Shown: positions 29,861-41,361 of the stretch, one piece after another
Layout of the letters: every line of letters starts with the position of its first letter
Position numbering within the stretch: the first letter of the stretch is position 1
Source of the DNA: Planctomycetota bacterium
GTDB taxonomy: Bacteria; Planctomycetota; B143-G9
NCBI GenBank assembly: GCA_034521065.1
Contig: JAXHMW010000011.1
Location: 54,148 to 118,147, forward strand
DNA: 64,000 nucleotides
Direction of reading: 5' to 3'
Made by a program: the position numbers and the translations under genes
The notes under the pieces: model-generated
The model's database searches: none
Seen by the model: only the letters and a program-made list of their open reading frames with translations
Told to the model about the DNA's origin: nothing

Positions 29861-30279
29861 GGTAGCCCCTCCAACACGTAAACGCTGACTGGGCCGTCCG
29901 GCTCCGACTGAACCTCGACGACCGTAAGAGGCTTTTTTGTGTGTGACGTGCTTACCGAACGGAGTTGAATGGAATATTGCCCTTCGAGCAAAATCCCTTC
30001 GCCGGAAGGGGCTGAATTTAGACGCAGACACATCGCCCCGTCGCGCTCGACGACCTCGTAGTCGCCCGTACCAGAATACCGTTCGGACATGGCGAACTCC
30101 ACCAGCTTGTTGCCGGGAACGGTGAGTTCGTGGGCGTAGTCGAGGCGGTCGATGGAGTCCAGAAAGCCGCGTATGCACATCGCCATGGCACCGATTATGA
30201 GCACGGTCAATCCGAGTGAAACCATCACCTCAATGAGAGTAAAGCCTTCATCATTCGCACACGAGGAGCGGATACACAT
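29857..30279 (-). CDS. Prepilin-type N-terminal cleavage/methylation-domain protein (pseudopilin)
   Basis: Start set at MCIRSSCANDEGFTLIEVMVSLGLTVLIIG. G-F-T-L-I-E followed by a hydrophobic helix is the class III signal. Confidence 0.65.
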   Translation of the reverse strand: MCIRSSCANDEGFTLIEVMVSLGLTVLIIGAMAMCIRGFLDSIDRLDYAHELTVPGNKLVEFAMSERYSGTGDYEVVERDGAMCLRLNSAPSGEGILLEGQYSIQLRSVSTSHTKKPLTVVEVQSEPDGPVSVYVLEGLP

Positions 30280-30730
30280 GCCACCGGCCCCCTTTCCTTC
30301 GTACAGCAACCGAATATGCCCTGCCCTTGGCTCCGTCAGTCGAGTCGCAGTAAGCGATTCGAACCTCCATCCCCGCGAGCACCGAACCGTCGTCGAACAC
30401 GCAGGAAGTGTCGCCGGGGGGTTCGTGTATCTGTGGCGGTAAGACCTCAACGAACTGGAGGTCTGAAGGAGGGACCGAAGCGTTTGAGAACGCGGCGTCA
30501 CAGACGGTCTTCAGTTGAGGTAAAGTTGCATTCCGCCCGAGTGAGCGGAGTATGGAGAAATAGCTTGCGGCAACGGAGGCACATGCGGAAGTTTCGACCG
30601 CCTGTTCGGAGTTGTGCTGAACGACCGGCAGGGCCGCAAAAGCCATCGCAAGGCCCAGTGACAATATAACGAGGCTGACGAGCACTTCCGCGAGCGTTAT
30701 TCCCTGAGAGTTGTGTTTATTCGCCCCCAT
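30251..30730 (-). CDS. Prepilin-type N-terminal cleavage/methylation-domain protein (pseudopilin)
   Basis: Start set at MGANKHNSQGITLAEVLVSLVILSLGLAMAF, a class III signal (G-ITLAE plus a hydrophobic helix). Confidence 0.65.
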   Translation of the reverse strand: MGANKHNSQGITLAEVLVSLVILSLGLAMAFAALPVVQHNSEQAVETSACASVAASYFSILRSLGRNATLPQLKTVCDAAFSNASVPPSDLQFVEVLPPQIHEPPGDTSCVFDDGSVLAGMEVRIAYCDSTDGAKGRAYSVAVRRKGGRWHVYPLLVCE

Positions 30731-30819
30731 AGAGGCCGATTGTATCCGGCAACGAGCGGGGTTCAACAAAAAGGGCGGAGCTTATTGCTCCGCCCTGTCG
30801 AGTGCGTCAGTCGGATTGC

Positions 30820-32893
30820 TCAGTTAAGCGAAAAGGTGGCCATAACCGGGTCGTGGTCGCTTGCCGCACGGGCAGCTTCTGTCAAGTACTCAGGAGCCCA
30901 GTCCGCGTTGATATGCGCCACCGCGCATGCCCGAATAAGCCTCTTCAGAGAAGGAGTGACGAAAATCTGGTCGAGCGTCTGAGCCTGCCCGGCCCATACA
31001 TAGCTGTAAGCACCTTCCGGATGCTTGTCCAGCATGTAATCGTGAAGGTTGAACAGCCCGGCCTCGTAGAGGCTCTTGAGCTGGTCGGAAGGATACTCTT
31101 CCTCGGAAGGCCGGAAAGGGTCGTTGGGACGGGGATAGACGTTAAAATCTCCTCCGACAGCAATCAGGGCGTCCTTGTCCACCTTCTGAATCGCTTTGAC
31201 TATGGCTGCGGTGTAATCCGCCTGGGCGCGTCTTCGGGCTACGAACTTGTTCGGCCCGCTCTTGAAGTGATTGTTAACGCAGTACAGTACGAGAGGTTCG
31301 CCCTCATCTTCGCCGGCTGCGGAAACATTGAAAAGTGCGACCTGCGCCGCACGCTTGTAAATCTCTTCATCGCGACCTCGCGAGGCGTTGAAGACCTTGG
31401 GGTTCTGCGCATCGGAGTTGTACTCATGCTGATCGCGGTGATATTCGATACCGTGTTCTTTGCCGAATAGAGGGGTTTCGGCTGTCACCTCGGCAAGTTT
31501 CACACGGTCGGTTCTAAACAGGTATGCGTTTACGATACCCCGCACATCGGCTCCGTCACGGTCGTAGGCGGTATCGTAAACTGGTCCTCCGAGTTCGGCA
31601 ATCTTCAGACACAGCTCCTGTGCGGAATCGGCCTTTCCGTCGCCGCCATCCGGCCCCACGTTGACGAGAATGCCGTCCTTCACGGTGCAGATGTCCCTGG
31701 CCCTCAAGTTCCTGGGCCATGATGATGTCCGGCGAGTGAAGGTCCTCGATGATTTGACGCGCGAGCTTCTCGAGTCGGACGGCGTACTCCTTCTCCGAGT
31801 TCGGCACGTAGTTGAACGGAGGTTTGACGACACTTCCCTTGTTGCCGTGGAAGTCGCAGTCGTCAACCGGGTCGTCGCGGTAGTCGTAGAGGTTCTCAAC
31901 GTTGAAGGTGACGACCGTGAACTCGGCATTCAGGTCGGGTGCCTGAGGCGGGTTGTTGCGAGAAGGGTCATCTCCTGCGGAAACTTCGATCTGCTCCGTT
32001 GCCTGAATAACGTACTTGCCGTATGCGTAGTGCAGCGGTCCGGCGACCGAGTTGGCGAGTTTGCAGAAGGTGTGCACGGGCACAAGCTCCGCCTTCAAAT
32101 CAGAGCTTGCACCCTTAAGGGCGAGAGGCCCCACGAGTATGCGCATGCCGTTGCCGTCGTCGAACTCCTTCGAGGGTATGTTGTCGAGCGGATGTACGTC
32201 AGAAAACACTCTTCGCGCAAAAACCTTCGTTCTTTTTGCAATTGGATGCGCAGGGTGCAGCAGACCTATCTCGCTATACTTGGGTCCGCTCGTAACGAGG
32301 GCTTTTTGTGGTGTGCGCACGTACATTCCCTCTAAAGTCTCCCAGTATCGGTAGGAAGCCATGATGTTGTCCAGAGGTTTTGCTTCGATTGGCGGAAGAA
32401 CCTTGCTCGGTTCGAGTCCACGCGAAACGATCTTCTCCACTGATGCTTCGTAAAGCTGTGTGAGCAGGTTGCGTTCGCCCACCTTGCCCTTCACGACTAT
32501 GAAATCGCCGACCTCGGCCTTGTAGTCGCCATCGGGGCCGGGCAACGTTGACTCTTTGCCAAGTGGAACGTAAATCGCGTCGGAGGTGTTCTGTTTCGAG
32601 TCAATGTCCTCGCCGATGTTCTGTATGTAGAAGCCGTGGATGGTGCTTCCGTAGCTTTCGGCAAGCAGCTTCGCGGTCACAACACCGCGCACGGCAACAG
32701 TCTCGCCCTTCAGGGGGGATACATGAAGAAGGCCGTTGTCGTTGCGTTTGATGGCGCCTTGCACGTCACCTATGGAGATAATTTCGTAAGTGGCCTCTTC
32801 GTTTTCCTCGCACAAAGCATTGTACGGGGACAGGCCGCAGAATGCGAACAGGAGTACGGTCAGGATCAGGGAGGTTATAGCACGATGCTTCAA
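30820..32893 (-). CDS. Secreted endonuclease/exonuclease/phosphatase-family nuclease (ExeM/NucH-like); one apparent frameshift near 31697
   Basis: Signal peptide MKHRAITSLILTVLLFAFCG. EEP blocks FTVVTFNVENLYD, IIMAQELE, AVGGDFNV and SDHDPVMATFSL. ORFs 31556..32893 and 30820..31929 join as ...AQELEGQ/DICTVKDG at a gg/ggg run. Confidence 0.7.
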
Positions 32894-33082
32894 GTGGGCT
32901 CCTTTGCAAATGATAATGGAATTTTACGGCCTTGAACCTTGAGCGCAACTATCGAACTTGGGCGAATATACCAGATTTGAGAGCTTGACGCATATGTTCG
33001 CAAAGTTGTTGGGCTTTGCCCTTCAGTCCTATTTGCATACGGTATTCTTATTATTGCGGACAGTTGATATGATGAGGCATTC

Positions 33083-35100
33083 ATGAGAGAAAGAATCCAT
33101 GCACCGGAACTGAAAGCCGAACGGTGGCTCAATTCCCCCTGAAACGTTTCCCTGAAAGAACTGAGGGGAAACGTGGTTGTACTCGATTTCCTGAAACCGT
33201 ACTGCTGCATTAACTGCATGCACGTTTTGCCAACCCTTGAGTACATCGAAAAGAAGTACAAAGAAGAGCCTCTTGTCGTCATCGGAGTTCACAGCGGCAA
33301 GTTCGACGCAGAACGAGACGCCGACAATATTCGTGAGGCCATAGGCCGCTACGACATAAAGCACCCTGTTGCCGTTGACAGTTCCATGCGCATCTGGAAC
33401 GAGTACAATGTGCGCTCCTGGCCTACCCTCGTTTTAATACGCCCCGACGGAACCGTTGCGGCAGTCGCGCCCGGCGAGCCCGACCCTTCGCAGCTCGATT
33501 CGTTCATCGCATCACAGCTCGAACAGGCCTGTGCGCAAGGCACGCTAGCAAAAGGCCCGCCCGACCTCTCGGTGCCTGCCATTGCATCTGACAACTGCCT
33601 TAGCTACCCGGGGAAGGTAAAGGTAATCAGCCACCGGACAATTGTCATTTCCGACAGCGGTCACAACAGGCTTCTCATCGCGAACGTTGACGGCCATGTG
33701 AAGGAGACAATAGGTTGCTCCAAACGCGGCTTCGTTGACGGCAGCTTTGAAAAAGCGTGCTTCAACGACCCGCAGGGCGTGTGCGAATACGAGGACAAGC
33801 TCTACGTTGCCGACACTAAGAACCACGCTATCCGTGAGATAGACCTTGAAAAACGCACGGTTAAAACAGTAGCGGGTACGGGCGAGCTTGGCGGCATGTC
33901 TGCCGGGCACAACATCGCAAAGGAAGTTGCGCTTCGTTCACCCTGGGACCTGTGCAGTCTCGGCGAGCATATCTACGTCGCCATGGCAGGCAGCCACCAG
34001 ATATGGCGTTTCTCTCCCCATCAGGGCACGATAGAGGTTTTTGCCGGAACCGGCGCGGAGTCCATTGATGACGGCGATGTGCGCCTCAGCTCTTTCAGCC
34101 AGCCCTCTGGTCTCGCGCACTCCCGCGGCAAACTCTACGTGGCTGACAGCGAGACCAGCGCGATAAGGGAGATAGACCTCGAAAAAGGCATCGTGCGAAC
34201 CGTTATCGGAACGGGACTTTTCGATTTCGGAGACCGCGACGGTGAGTTCGATACGGCAAAGCTTCAGCACTGTCTCGGCCTGGATGTTTGTGACAACGGT
34301 CTGCTGATTGCGGACACCTACAACGGCAAAATCAAACTGCTCTCGTTCGACCCTCCGCTCGTTAAGACCTTGCATGAAGGTCTTTCGCAACCGGGCTCGG
34401 TGAGCGTGGAAGAGGATGGTTCGTACTTCGTCGCAGATACGAACGCGCACAGAGTGGTTCATTTATGGGACGGCAAGGAGGTCGAGGGTATCTCTCACCT
34501 CTTCGGGACCGACTCGAAGCTCAGGACGAGACCGAAAAGCAAGATGAGTTCCGTTCCACTGCGCAGTTCGCGTCAAACTGGTTCGACGCGGATTTTCGCG
34601 CCCGGACCGACGAGCCTCTCGGCAACGGTGAATGCGAGTTGGTGCTCAAACTCAGGGCACCGAGGGAAAAGGGTTTTTCTCAGGGCTCGCCTCTCCGCTG
34701 TGAGATAGAAGTTTCGCGCAGGCCCGACCTTCTGAAGATGCCTTCTTCACACTTTCAGAGCATGACAGGCGGACGTGAGTGCGAATTGGTATTGCCCGCC
34801 ACCGTGCGCAACGTCGAAAAGGAGACGCCCTCGGAAGTCATCCTGAAGCTGAGCTACGTTTTTTGCGAAGAAGGCGATAACAGTGCCTGCGTGCCCGGTG
34901 AATTGTACGCGAGGCTGCCGGTAGTACTGTCGAGGAATGGACAAAACCGGGCGGGTATTCGCGACCGTACTGCACTGACCTTCCGCTATGGCCCTGACAC
35001 CGGTTACCTTAAAGACGAAACTAACTTGAGCATAACGCTGTCAAAGGTTAGAATGCACCTTTGTCCTACAATCAACAGCTGGAGCGAGAGACATGGTTGA
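33083..35100 (+). pseudogene. Thioredoxin-like + NHL-repeat protein (NHLRC2-like); in-frame TGA at 33140 and a frameshift near 34505
   Basis: The ATG at 33083 reads MRERIHAPELKAERWLNSP-TGA-NVSLKELRGNVVVLDFLKPYCCINCMH, with the stop in the same frame. NHL-like repeats include ADTKNHAIREIDL, VADSETSAIREIDL, IADTYNGKIKLL and VADTNAHRVVHL. The C-terminal part continues in the frame of ORF 34465..35100. Confidence 0.7.
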
Positions 35101-36113
35101 CCTTTCCAGGAGCGAACTCGAGGCCATCGAGAACCTTCGCGGAGCCCGCAAAGAGTTCATCAACGAGATTCACAAGGTAATCATCGGCCAGGAAAAGGTG
35201 ATAGAGGAACTTCTCATCGCCATCTTCTGCAGGGGTCATTGCCTCATGATTGGCGTCCCCGGCCTTGCCAAGACCCTCATGGTGCGAACTCTCGCACAGA
35301 TCCTCCACATTCAATTCAAGCGGATCTAGTCCACCCCCGACCTGATGCCCTCGGATATCACGGGAACGGAGATACTCGACATTGATGACGAGACGGGCAA
35401 GCGTACCTTCAAGTTCGTCCAGGGGCCAATCTTCGCCAACATCCTGCTTGCCGACGAGATCAACCGTACTCCGCCCAAGACGCAATCCGCGCTCCTGGAG
35501 GCTATGCAGGAGTACATGGTAACAGTCGCGGGCGGAATCCGATCATATCCCCTCGCCGTTCTTCGTGCTGGCGACACAGAACCCCATTGAGCAGGAAGGC
35601 ACCTACCCCCTGCCCGAGGCGCAGCTTGACAGGTTCATGTTCTGCCTGAACGTGGAGTATCCCTCCCGCGAGGAGGAGATAGACATCATCGAGGCCACCA
35701 CCAGCGACCGTTCCGGCGAACCCGAAAAGAAGCTTGGGCCGCGCGACATAATGGGCATCCAGAAGATCGTTCGCCGCCTGCCGGTTTCGCGCCACGTGGT
35801 GAGCTATGCCACCGACCTCGTGCGCGCCACGCGTCCTCGCGAGAAGGACGCTCCGGAGTTCGTGCGCGAATGGCTTAACTGGGGTGCCGGGCCACGCGCG
35901 GCACAGTACCTTGTTCTCAGCGCCAAGGCCCGTGCGATTTTCGACGGTCGCGTAAACGTCTCCACCAACGACATCAGAAACAGCGCGCACTCGGTGCTGC
36001 GCCACCGCATGTTCACCAACTTCAACGCCGACTCGGAAGGCATCACGGTCGAGGACGTCATCACGAAGCTTCTCGAGACGGTCAAGGAACCGGACGAAAA
36101 GGAATACAAGTAA
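35093..36113 (+). pseudogene. MoxR-family AAA+ ATPase (copy 1); in-frame TAG at 35327 and a frameshift near 35557
   Basis: Contains GVPGLAKT (Walker A), [19 protein letters not shown] (the family has RIQFTPDL here), [23 protein letters not shown], and then, after a shift, [26 protein letters not shown]. Confidence 0.85.
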
Positions 36114-37053
36114 GTGGCCAGGGGAACAAGCGGCTCAAACATTTCGCTTTCGGCAAAGAAGACCTACAAGTACCTCGATCCCAGCGGCGGTCGCACGGCT
36201 TTCGAACATCAAGCTGGTCGCACGTGCGGTCGTGGAGGGATTCATTTCGGGCCTGCACCGCTCTCCCTACAAGGGCTTCTCCGTCGAGTTCGCGGAGTAC
36301 CGCGAGTACATGCCGGGAGATGACCTTAAACACTTCGACTGGAAGGTGTATGCCCGCTGCGAAAAGGCGTACATCAAGCAGTACCAGGAGGAGACCAACT
36401 TGCGCGTGCACGTCCTTCTGGATTGCTCCGCGAGTACGAAGTTCAAGTCCGGCGAGCTTTCGAAGTTCGATTACGGCGCGTTCCTTTCCGCCAGCATCGC
36501 GTACCTCGCCATTCGCCAGCAGGATTCCTGCGGCCTGACCCTTTTCGACGACAACATCCGAACCCGAATTCCGCCCAAATCATCCCCGCTTCATTTGAAG
36601 AACATCCTCACCATACTCGAGAACGTCGAACCCACCGAGAAGACGGATATCGCCGACACACTTCACAAGCTGTGCCCAGTCAGATTGTCAAACGCGGGGC
36701 TGATAGCGCTGATCAGCGACCTGTTCGACGACCCCGAAGCGATAATGAAGGGCCTTCACCACTTTCGGCACAAACGCCACGAAGTGATTCTCTTCCACCT
36801 CATGGACCCCGCGGAGATAGATTTCCCCTACGAGGACATGACCGAGTTCCGTGGCGACCTGGAGACATCCGAGAAGGTGAACGTCAATCCCACAGTGGTC
36901 CGCGAAGCATATATCAAAGAAGGTTAACGAGATACTTCTCGCTTCAAGCTGGAGTGCGCGAAGTCGAACGTCGAGTACGTTCTGTGCAATACAGAGGTTC
37001 CTTTCGAGATAATGCTGTCTCAATATCTTGCCAAACGCTCGCGGCTCAGTTAG
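36114..37053 (+). pseudogene. DUF58-family protein (MoxR partner); frameshift near 36180 and an in-frame TAA at 36925
   Basis: KKTYKYLDP then, after a shift at gatccc, AAVARLSNIKLVARAVVEGFISGLHRSPYKGFSVEFAEYREYMPGDDLKHFDWKVYAR. After the TAA the same frame stays protein-like (FKLECAKSNVEYVLCNTEVPFEIMLSQYLAKR) to the TAG at 37051. Confidence 0.75.
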
Positions 37054-37167
37054 CGCCAAAGGCCACGACCTTCCAAAAGAGACCGCGGGAACTCCCGACC
37101 GTTTACACGGCAACGAAAACCATAATCCATGTACAATTAGGAGTAAGAACCGTTCTGGAGGGATGCG

Positions 37168-40100
37168 ATGAAAGCGAAGACTCAACTTCTGCGCCTTGTT
37201 TCCTGTTTGCAGCTGCATTCATATATGTTTCCGTCGCTTGTGGCGGAGGCGGCACGGGTACGACCGACACCCCCGATTTCTACGAGCGCAAGCCCGGCAT
37301 GACGGAGTTCGTCTCAGCCGATGAGGAAGAAGCCGAAATGCAAGCCGGTCGCATGAGGCCGCGACAGCTCTCAGCAGGGCCAGGGTGACGCACCCGTGGC
37401 GGGCAACGCGGATGGCGATTACGAAGGCGATAAGGAGAACGTGAGCGGCGGGGAGATCGTCGAACCCGACCTCTACCACGTGGACGACGACATACTTTAT
37501 ATTGTCAACCGCTACATGGGCCTGTTCATCGTTGACCTCTCGCAGGGCCCGGATATGTCTCTGCTCGCCAACCTCCGCTTCAAGGGCTCGCCGCGCGACA
37601 TGTTTACCGAAGAGGGCTACCTTTTCATCCTGATGAACGAGTACATCAGCGAAGGGCTCGGCCAGCCGGAGGTGACCTCGGCGCTTCTGAAGGTTAACGT
37701 GAGCGACCCTTCGTCTCCTTACATTGAATCCACCACAATTTTCGACGGCCGCATACTGGAAAGCCGAAAGGGCGAACACAGTGTAATCGTGGTGCTGGGC
37801 GAGGAGTTCTACTACGGCCCCGTCATGCCTATGGCCGGCGTAATGGAGTTCGACAAGCCCGATTCCGGATTCCGCGCCGTGGCGATAGACGACGCTGGCG
37901 ACGTCATAAGCTCCGTGGAGTTCGACGCGCCGGTGAGCGCGCTAGCCGCACGCACAAGGCAGGCTCGCGGTCTGCACAACCAACTACGAGAGCGGTACGA
38001 GCGAGGTCAATCTCTTCAACGTATCCGCGACAGACGGCACTCTCGCCGAACTTGGAACCGCCACCGTGACGGGCCGTGTAACCGACAAATTCAAAATCCA
38101 CTTCGGCACCGACCACTGCTTCGTGGTGAGCCACTCCAACTCCAACGGCGCGTTGAGCTATTTCAATACGGTGTCTTTGACCGGAGATGTAGAGACCGTG
38201 GCGAGTCTGGAACTCGCAAAGGGCGAACAGCAGTTCGCAAGCCGTTTTTCCGACGACGTGTGCTTTCTCGTAACATTCGAGCAGATAGACCCGCTGTGGG
38301 CCATAGACTTCTCCGACCCCTCCGAGCCCTTTATTGCCAGCGAACTGGAAATGCCCGGCTGGTCAATCTACCTCGAACTCGACGGCGACAGGATGATCTC
38401 GGTGGGCTATTCCTCCGAGTTCAACTCGAATCTCGTCGCCAAGCTCCTCGCACATATCCGACCCATCCGCGATTACCCTTCTGGCCGAGGAGAACCTGAC
38501 CGACCAGTGGGGCTGGACGCCCGTTGCGCACGACGACAAGGCGTTCGGACTTTTCAGCGACGAGGGGCTTTTCGCGGTTCCGGTCGCCGGATACGACGCC
38601 TTCGGGCCTCACAATTACCACAACTACTGCAAGACTTGGCTTGTCGAATACGGTGATACGGACCTGACCCTTCGCGGCAGCATTTCAGGCGAGGAGATGT
38701 TCCATCGCACACTGCTCGAATCCGGCTACCTGTACGCCTTTTCGGACACAGAGCTCGTCAGCTTCGACATAACGAATCTCGACGTTCCCGTACTCGAAGA
38801 CCGCATCGAGCTTGCTCGCAACGTTCTGGACATCCATCCTGTAACAGGTGGCTTCGTGAGGGCAGTACAGCGAGATTTTTCATGCACGACGGAGTTCGTC
38901 AGCGGCACAGACCCCAACGGCGAGGCGGCTTATTCCGCGGATATCGAGAACGCCTCTTTCTATTCCATGTACGTCAACGGCTCATACACGTACCTCGTGG
39001 TACGCTCCAACGCGCCGAACATGCCGTCCTTGATGCAGCTTCGCGTGCTGGACCACACGGACGGTTTCGCGCTCAAAGGCACACTGGATCTTTCTTCGGT
39101 TCCCGCGTACCATTGGTTCGGCAACAATGCGGGAATGCCCATGATGGAAGATCGGGGCAGCCTCGTTCGACTTGCCGACGACCTTCTTGTTATGAAAGCA
39201 TATTCTTACAACGGCCCGCGCCCGTTTGACGGCGACATCGAGGAAGGTGACGTTCCGTTCCCGGATGACCCCGGAAACTGGCCGGAAAGGCCGGACGAAG
39301 AGGATTTCCCCGGAGGCGGTGATGACGGCGGTTTCTCGCCCCCCGATGACGGCGGCCCCGGCTTCAACGGACAGGGCAAAGCCGACCTCGAAGGCTACTA
39401 CAACGCGAAGGAAAGCCTCCTGTTCATAGACCTCGCACAACCGACAGATCCGAACATCTGCTCGCGAATCTCGATTCCCGCAGGCTCCGGTGAACTTTTC
39501 GCTGACGACGGCATTCTGTACGTCTCCTACTGGAAGGGGCACGGAGTTGACCCGTTCGGCCACAGTGCATCCAAGTACTTCGTTGTATGCGTTGATGCGA
39601 CCGACAGGACCGACATAGTCGCCTCAGAGCCTGTCAACACTCCGGGAAGGCTCGTAGCGGTGGACAATTCGGTTCTTTATACGTCAGAGGTCGTTTACAA
39701 CGGCACGAACGCGCCGGTGCGCCTGTTCAACGCGCTGCAAATATCGCAGGGCAAGGCGAACCTTACCGACTCGGTCGAAATTCCAATGGACCTTCTCAAC
39801 GTGCTCATGGGCGAGGACGGAAGGATGGCAGCGGGATTCGTTCGCCCCGATCGGTACTACATAATGGCAGATGCTCCCATGGAGAGCGTCTCAACCGGAG
39901 CAGAGTATTCCGCCCAGGTCTATCCGCCTGTCGAACCCGAGAACGGCAAGCTCGTAATACTCAACACTTCGAACCCGGCCGACCTTTCGATTACCGGCCA
40001 GTACGAGGTGGCAAGCGCTTATGCAGAGCTTTTATCCGTGTCTTCACCGTACGTGTTCGTGCGCACCGGCTCGATGCTTGCGCTTCAGTTCAAACTTGTT

Positions 40101-40235
40101 TCCGGTGAGTTGGAAGTTGCGGACCACGTTCTCTGCGGCTGGGGCTATTACGGCAATCGGATGCGATTCGCGACCGAAAACGCCTACATTCCCGCCGGAC
40201 TGTTCGGAGTAGCCATCTTCGACCTGACGAAGTAG
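37168..40235 (+). pseudogene. Beta-propeller-domain lipoprotein (about 1000 aa); at least 4 frame breaks
   Basis: MKAKTQLLRL followed, after a shift, by FLFAAAFIYVSVACGGGG (lipobox). Protein-like sequence then hops frames near 37200, 37370, 37955 and 38455, for example ...VAKLLAH/ISDPSAITLLAEENLTDQWGWTPVAHDDKAFGLF. The family call is by pattern only. Confidence 0.55.
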
Positions 40236-40259
40236 CACGCGCAATATCTTGTCAAAACA

Positions 40260-40287
40260 GGGGCGGCCCTTTCGGGGTCGCCCTTTT
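40260..40287. terminator. Bidirectional rho-independent terminator between convergent genes
   Basis: GGGCGGCCC (40261..40269) pairs with GGGTCGCCC (40275..40283) through one G-T wobble, with loop TTTCG. It is followed by TTTT on the + strand and preceded by AAAA, which gives a T-run on the minus strand. Confidence 0.6.
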
Positions 40288-40630
40288 ACATTCTGCGCAG
40301 AATAGCCTCTTTGTCCTCGCAGCACAGCTCCATGCGGCCACAGCTTGTGTCGAGCGCAGCGCGGAAAGTGCCTTCCTGCGTAATGCCAGGCTCGTACGTG
40401 CCTGACTCGACGAGTTCGCAGCGGCCGTTGCCTTCGGAAAGCTTGCCGCCACCTTCGAGGAATCTTCGGTCGTGGTCGTGAATGCGAATGCCGCGAATCC
40501 CCTTGCACTTGAGCGGATGCTCTTTGAATGAGAACGTCGCGAGATTGTCGCCGTGCTCGATCATCAGGTCGTAGTGGTCGGCACGGTTCTCGCTTTCAAT
40601 GTGGTGATGCAGTGCCCATATTGCCTTCAT
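40286..40630 (-). CDS. LigD 3'-phosphoesterase (LigD_N)-like small protein
   Basis: Start set at MKAIWALHHHIESENRADHYDLMIEHGDNLATFSF ... RIHDHDRRFLEGGG ... ESGTYE. This resembles the HYDLRLE...EDHP..Y..FEG core of LigD_N. ATGA overlap with the upstream gene. Confidence 0.5.
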   Translation of the reverse strand: MKAIWALHHHIESENRADHYDLMIEHGDNLATFSFKEHPLKCKGIRGIRIHDHDRRFLEGGGKLSEGNGRCELVESGTYEPGITQEGTFRAALDTSCGRMELCCEDKEAILRRM

Positions 40631-41358
40631 CTTTCCCTCACGGGCATGAACCTGTTGAGTTCGGCTTCGTATTCGAGGGCGAAATCGAAAGCATCGGACG
40701 TCGTGCAAGGCACGAAGTCTCGCTCCATGCCCTTTGTGGTCAGGCGCCTGCCGCCCTCCATTCGAGGAAGGGCTTCGAGGAACATATCGTCCGTTCCCCA
40801 TCGTTCGAATGCCATGTTCGCACAATGACAGCCGTCGTCAAGCTCGTTCACGGGTTCAAGCAGCTTCAGCAGCCTGCCCACGCAAACGGCGTCCTCTGCG
40901 GAGTACAGCCCAAGCGTACCGGCGCAGACTATCAGAACACTCGACGGCGCGAGACGCCTGACTCGCTCAGCCGTGGCTTTCGCCGTCGCCCATGCAGCGT
41001 ACAACACGTGAGGTGCTTTGCGGTATTTGTCGAACGCGGCAGGGCCGTTCGAGGTGCTCATCAAAAGCGTTTTGCCTCCGACTACGGATGCGGGGTATTC
41101 GAAGGGCGAGTTACCGCAATCGAAGCCCTTAATCCTGTCCGAACCCCTTTCGCCACCGAGCACGTAAGTTCCCTTTTCGCGCTTGCCCGCCTCCGCGAGG
41201 GTCTGTTCGACCGTGCGAAAAAGCATGACCTCTACTGCACCGTTGGCGATTGCGGTTGCGGCTGTAGTGCCGCTGCGCACAACGTCAACGACTACGACGC
41301 ATTCGGGATTTTCGATGTAAGACGGCAGGAGACGGGACAGCGAAACACAAACATCCAT
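40627..41358 (-). CDS. 2-phosphosulfolactate phosphatase (ComB) family protein
   Basis: 243 aa. VVVDVVRSGTTAATAIANGA ... LGGERG ... GFDCGNSP ... LMSTSNG matches the ComB family pattern. Confidence 0.7.
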   Translation of the reverse strand: MDVCVSLSRLLPSYIENPECVVVVDVVRSGTTAATAIANGAVEVMLFRTVEQTLAEAGKREKGTYVLGGERGSDRIKGFDCGNSPFEYPASVVGGKTLLMSTSNGPAAFDKYRKAPHVLYAAWATAKATAERVRRLAPSSVLIVCAGTLGLYSAEDAVCVGRLLKLLEPVNELDDGCHCANMAFERWGTDDMFLEALPRMEGGRRLTTKGMERDFVPCTTSDAFDFALEYEAELNRFMPVRER

Positions 41359-41361
41359 TTA

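Noticed and set aside
33140-33142. In-frame TGA as selenocysteine or an alternative genetic code (TGA = Trp/Gly)
   Set aside because: TGA terminates many well-defined genes here, including the ATGA overlaps. The position is not a redox Cys site (the CxxC lies 20 codons downstream). Flanking ccccc and aaa runs offer a simple double-indel explanation.
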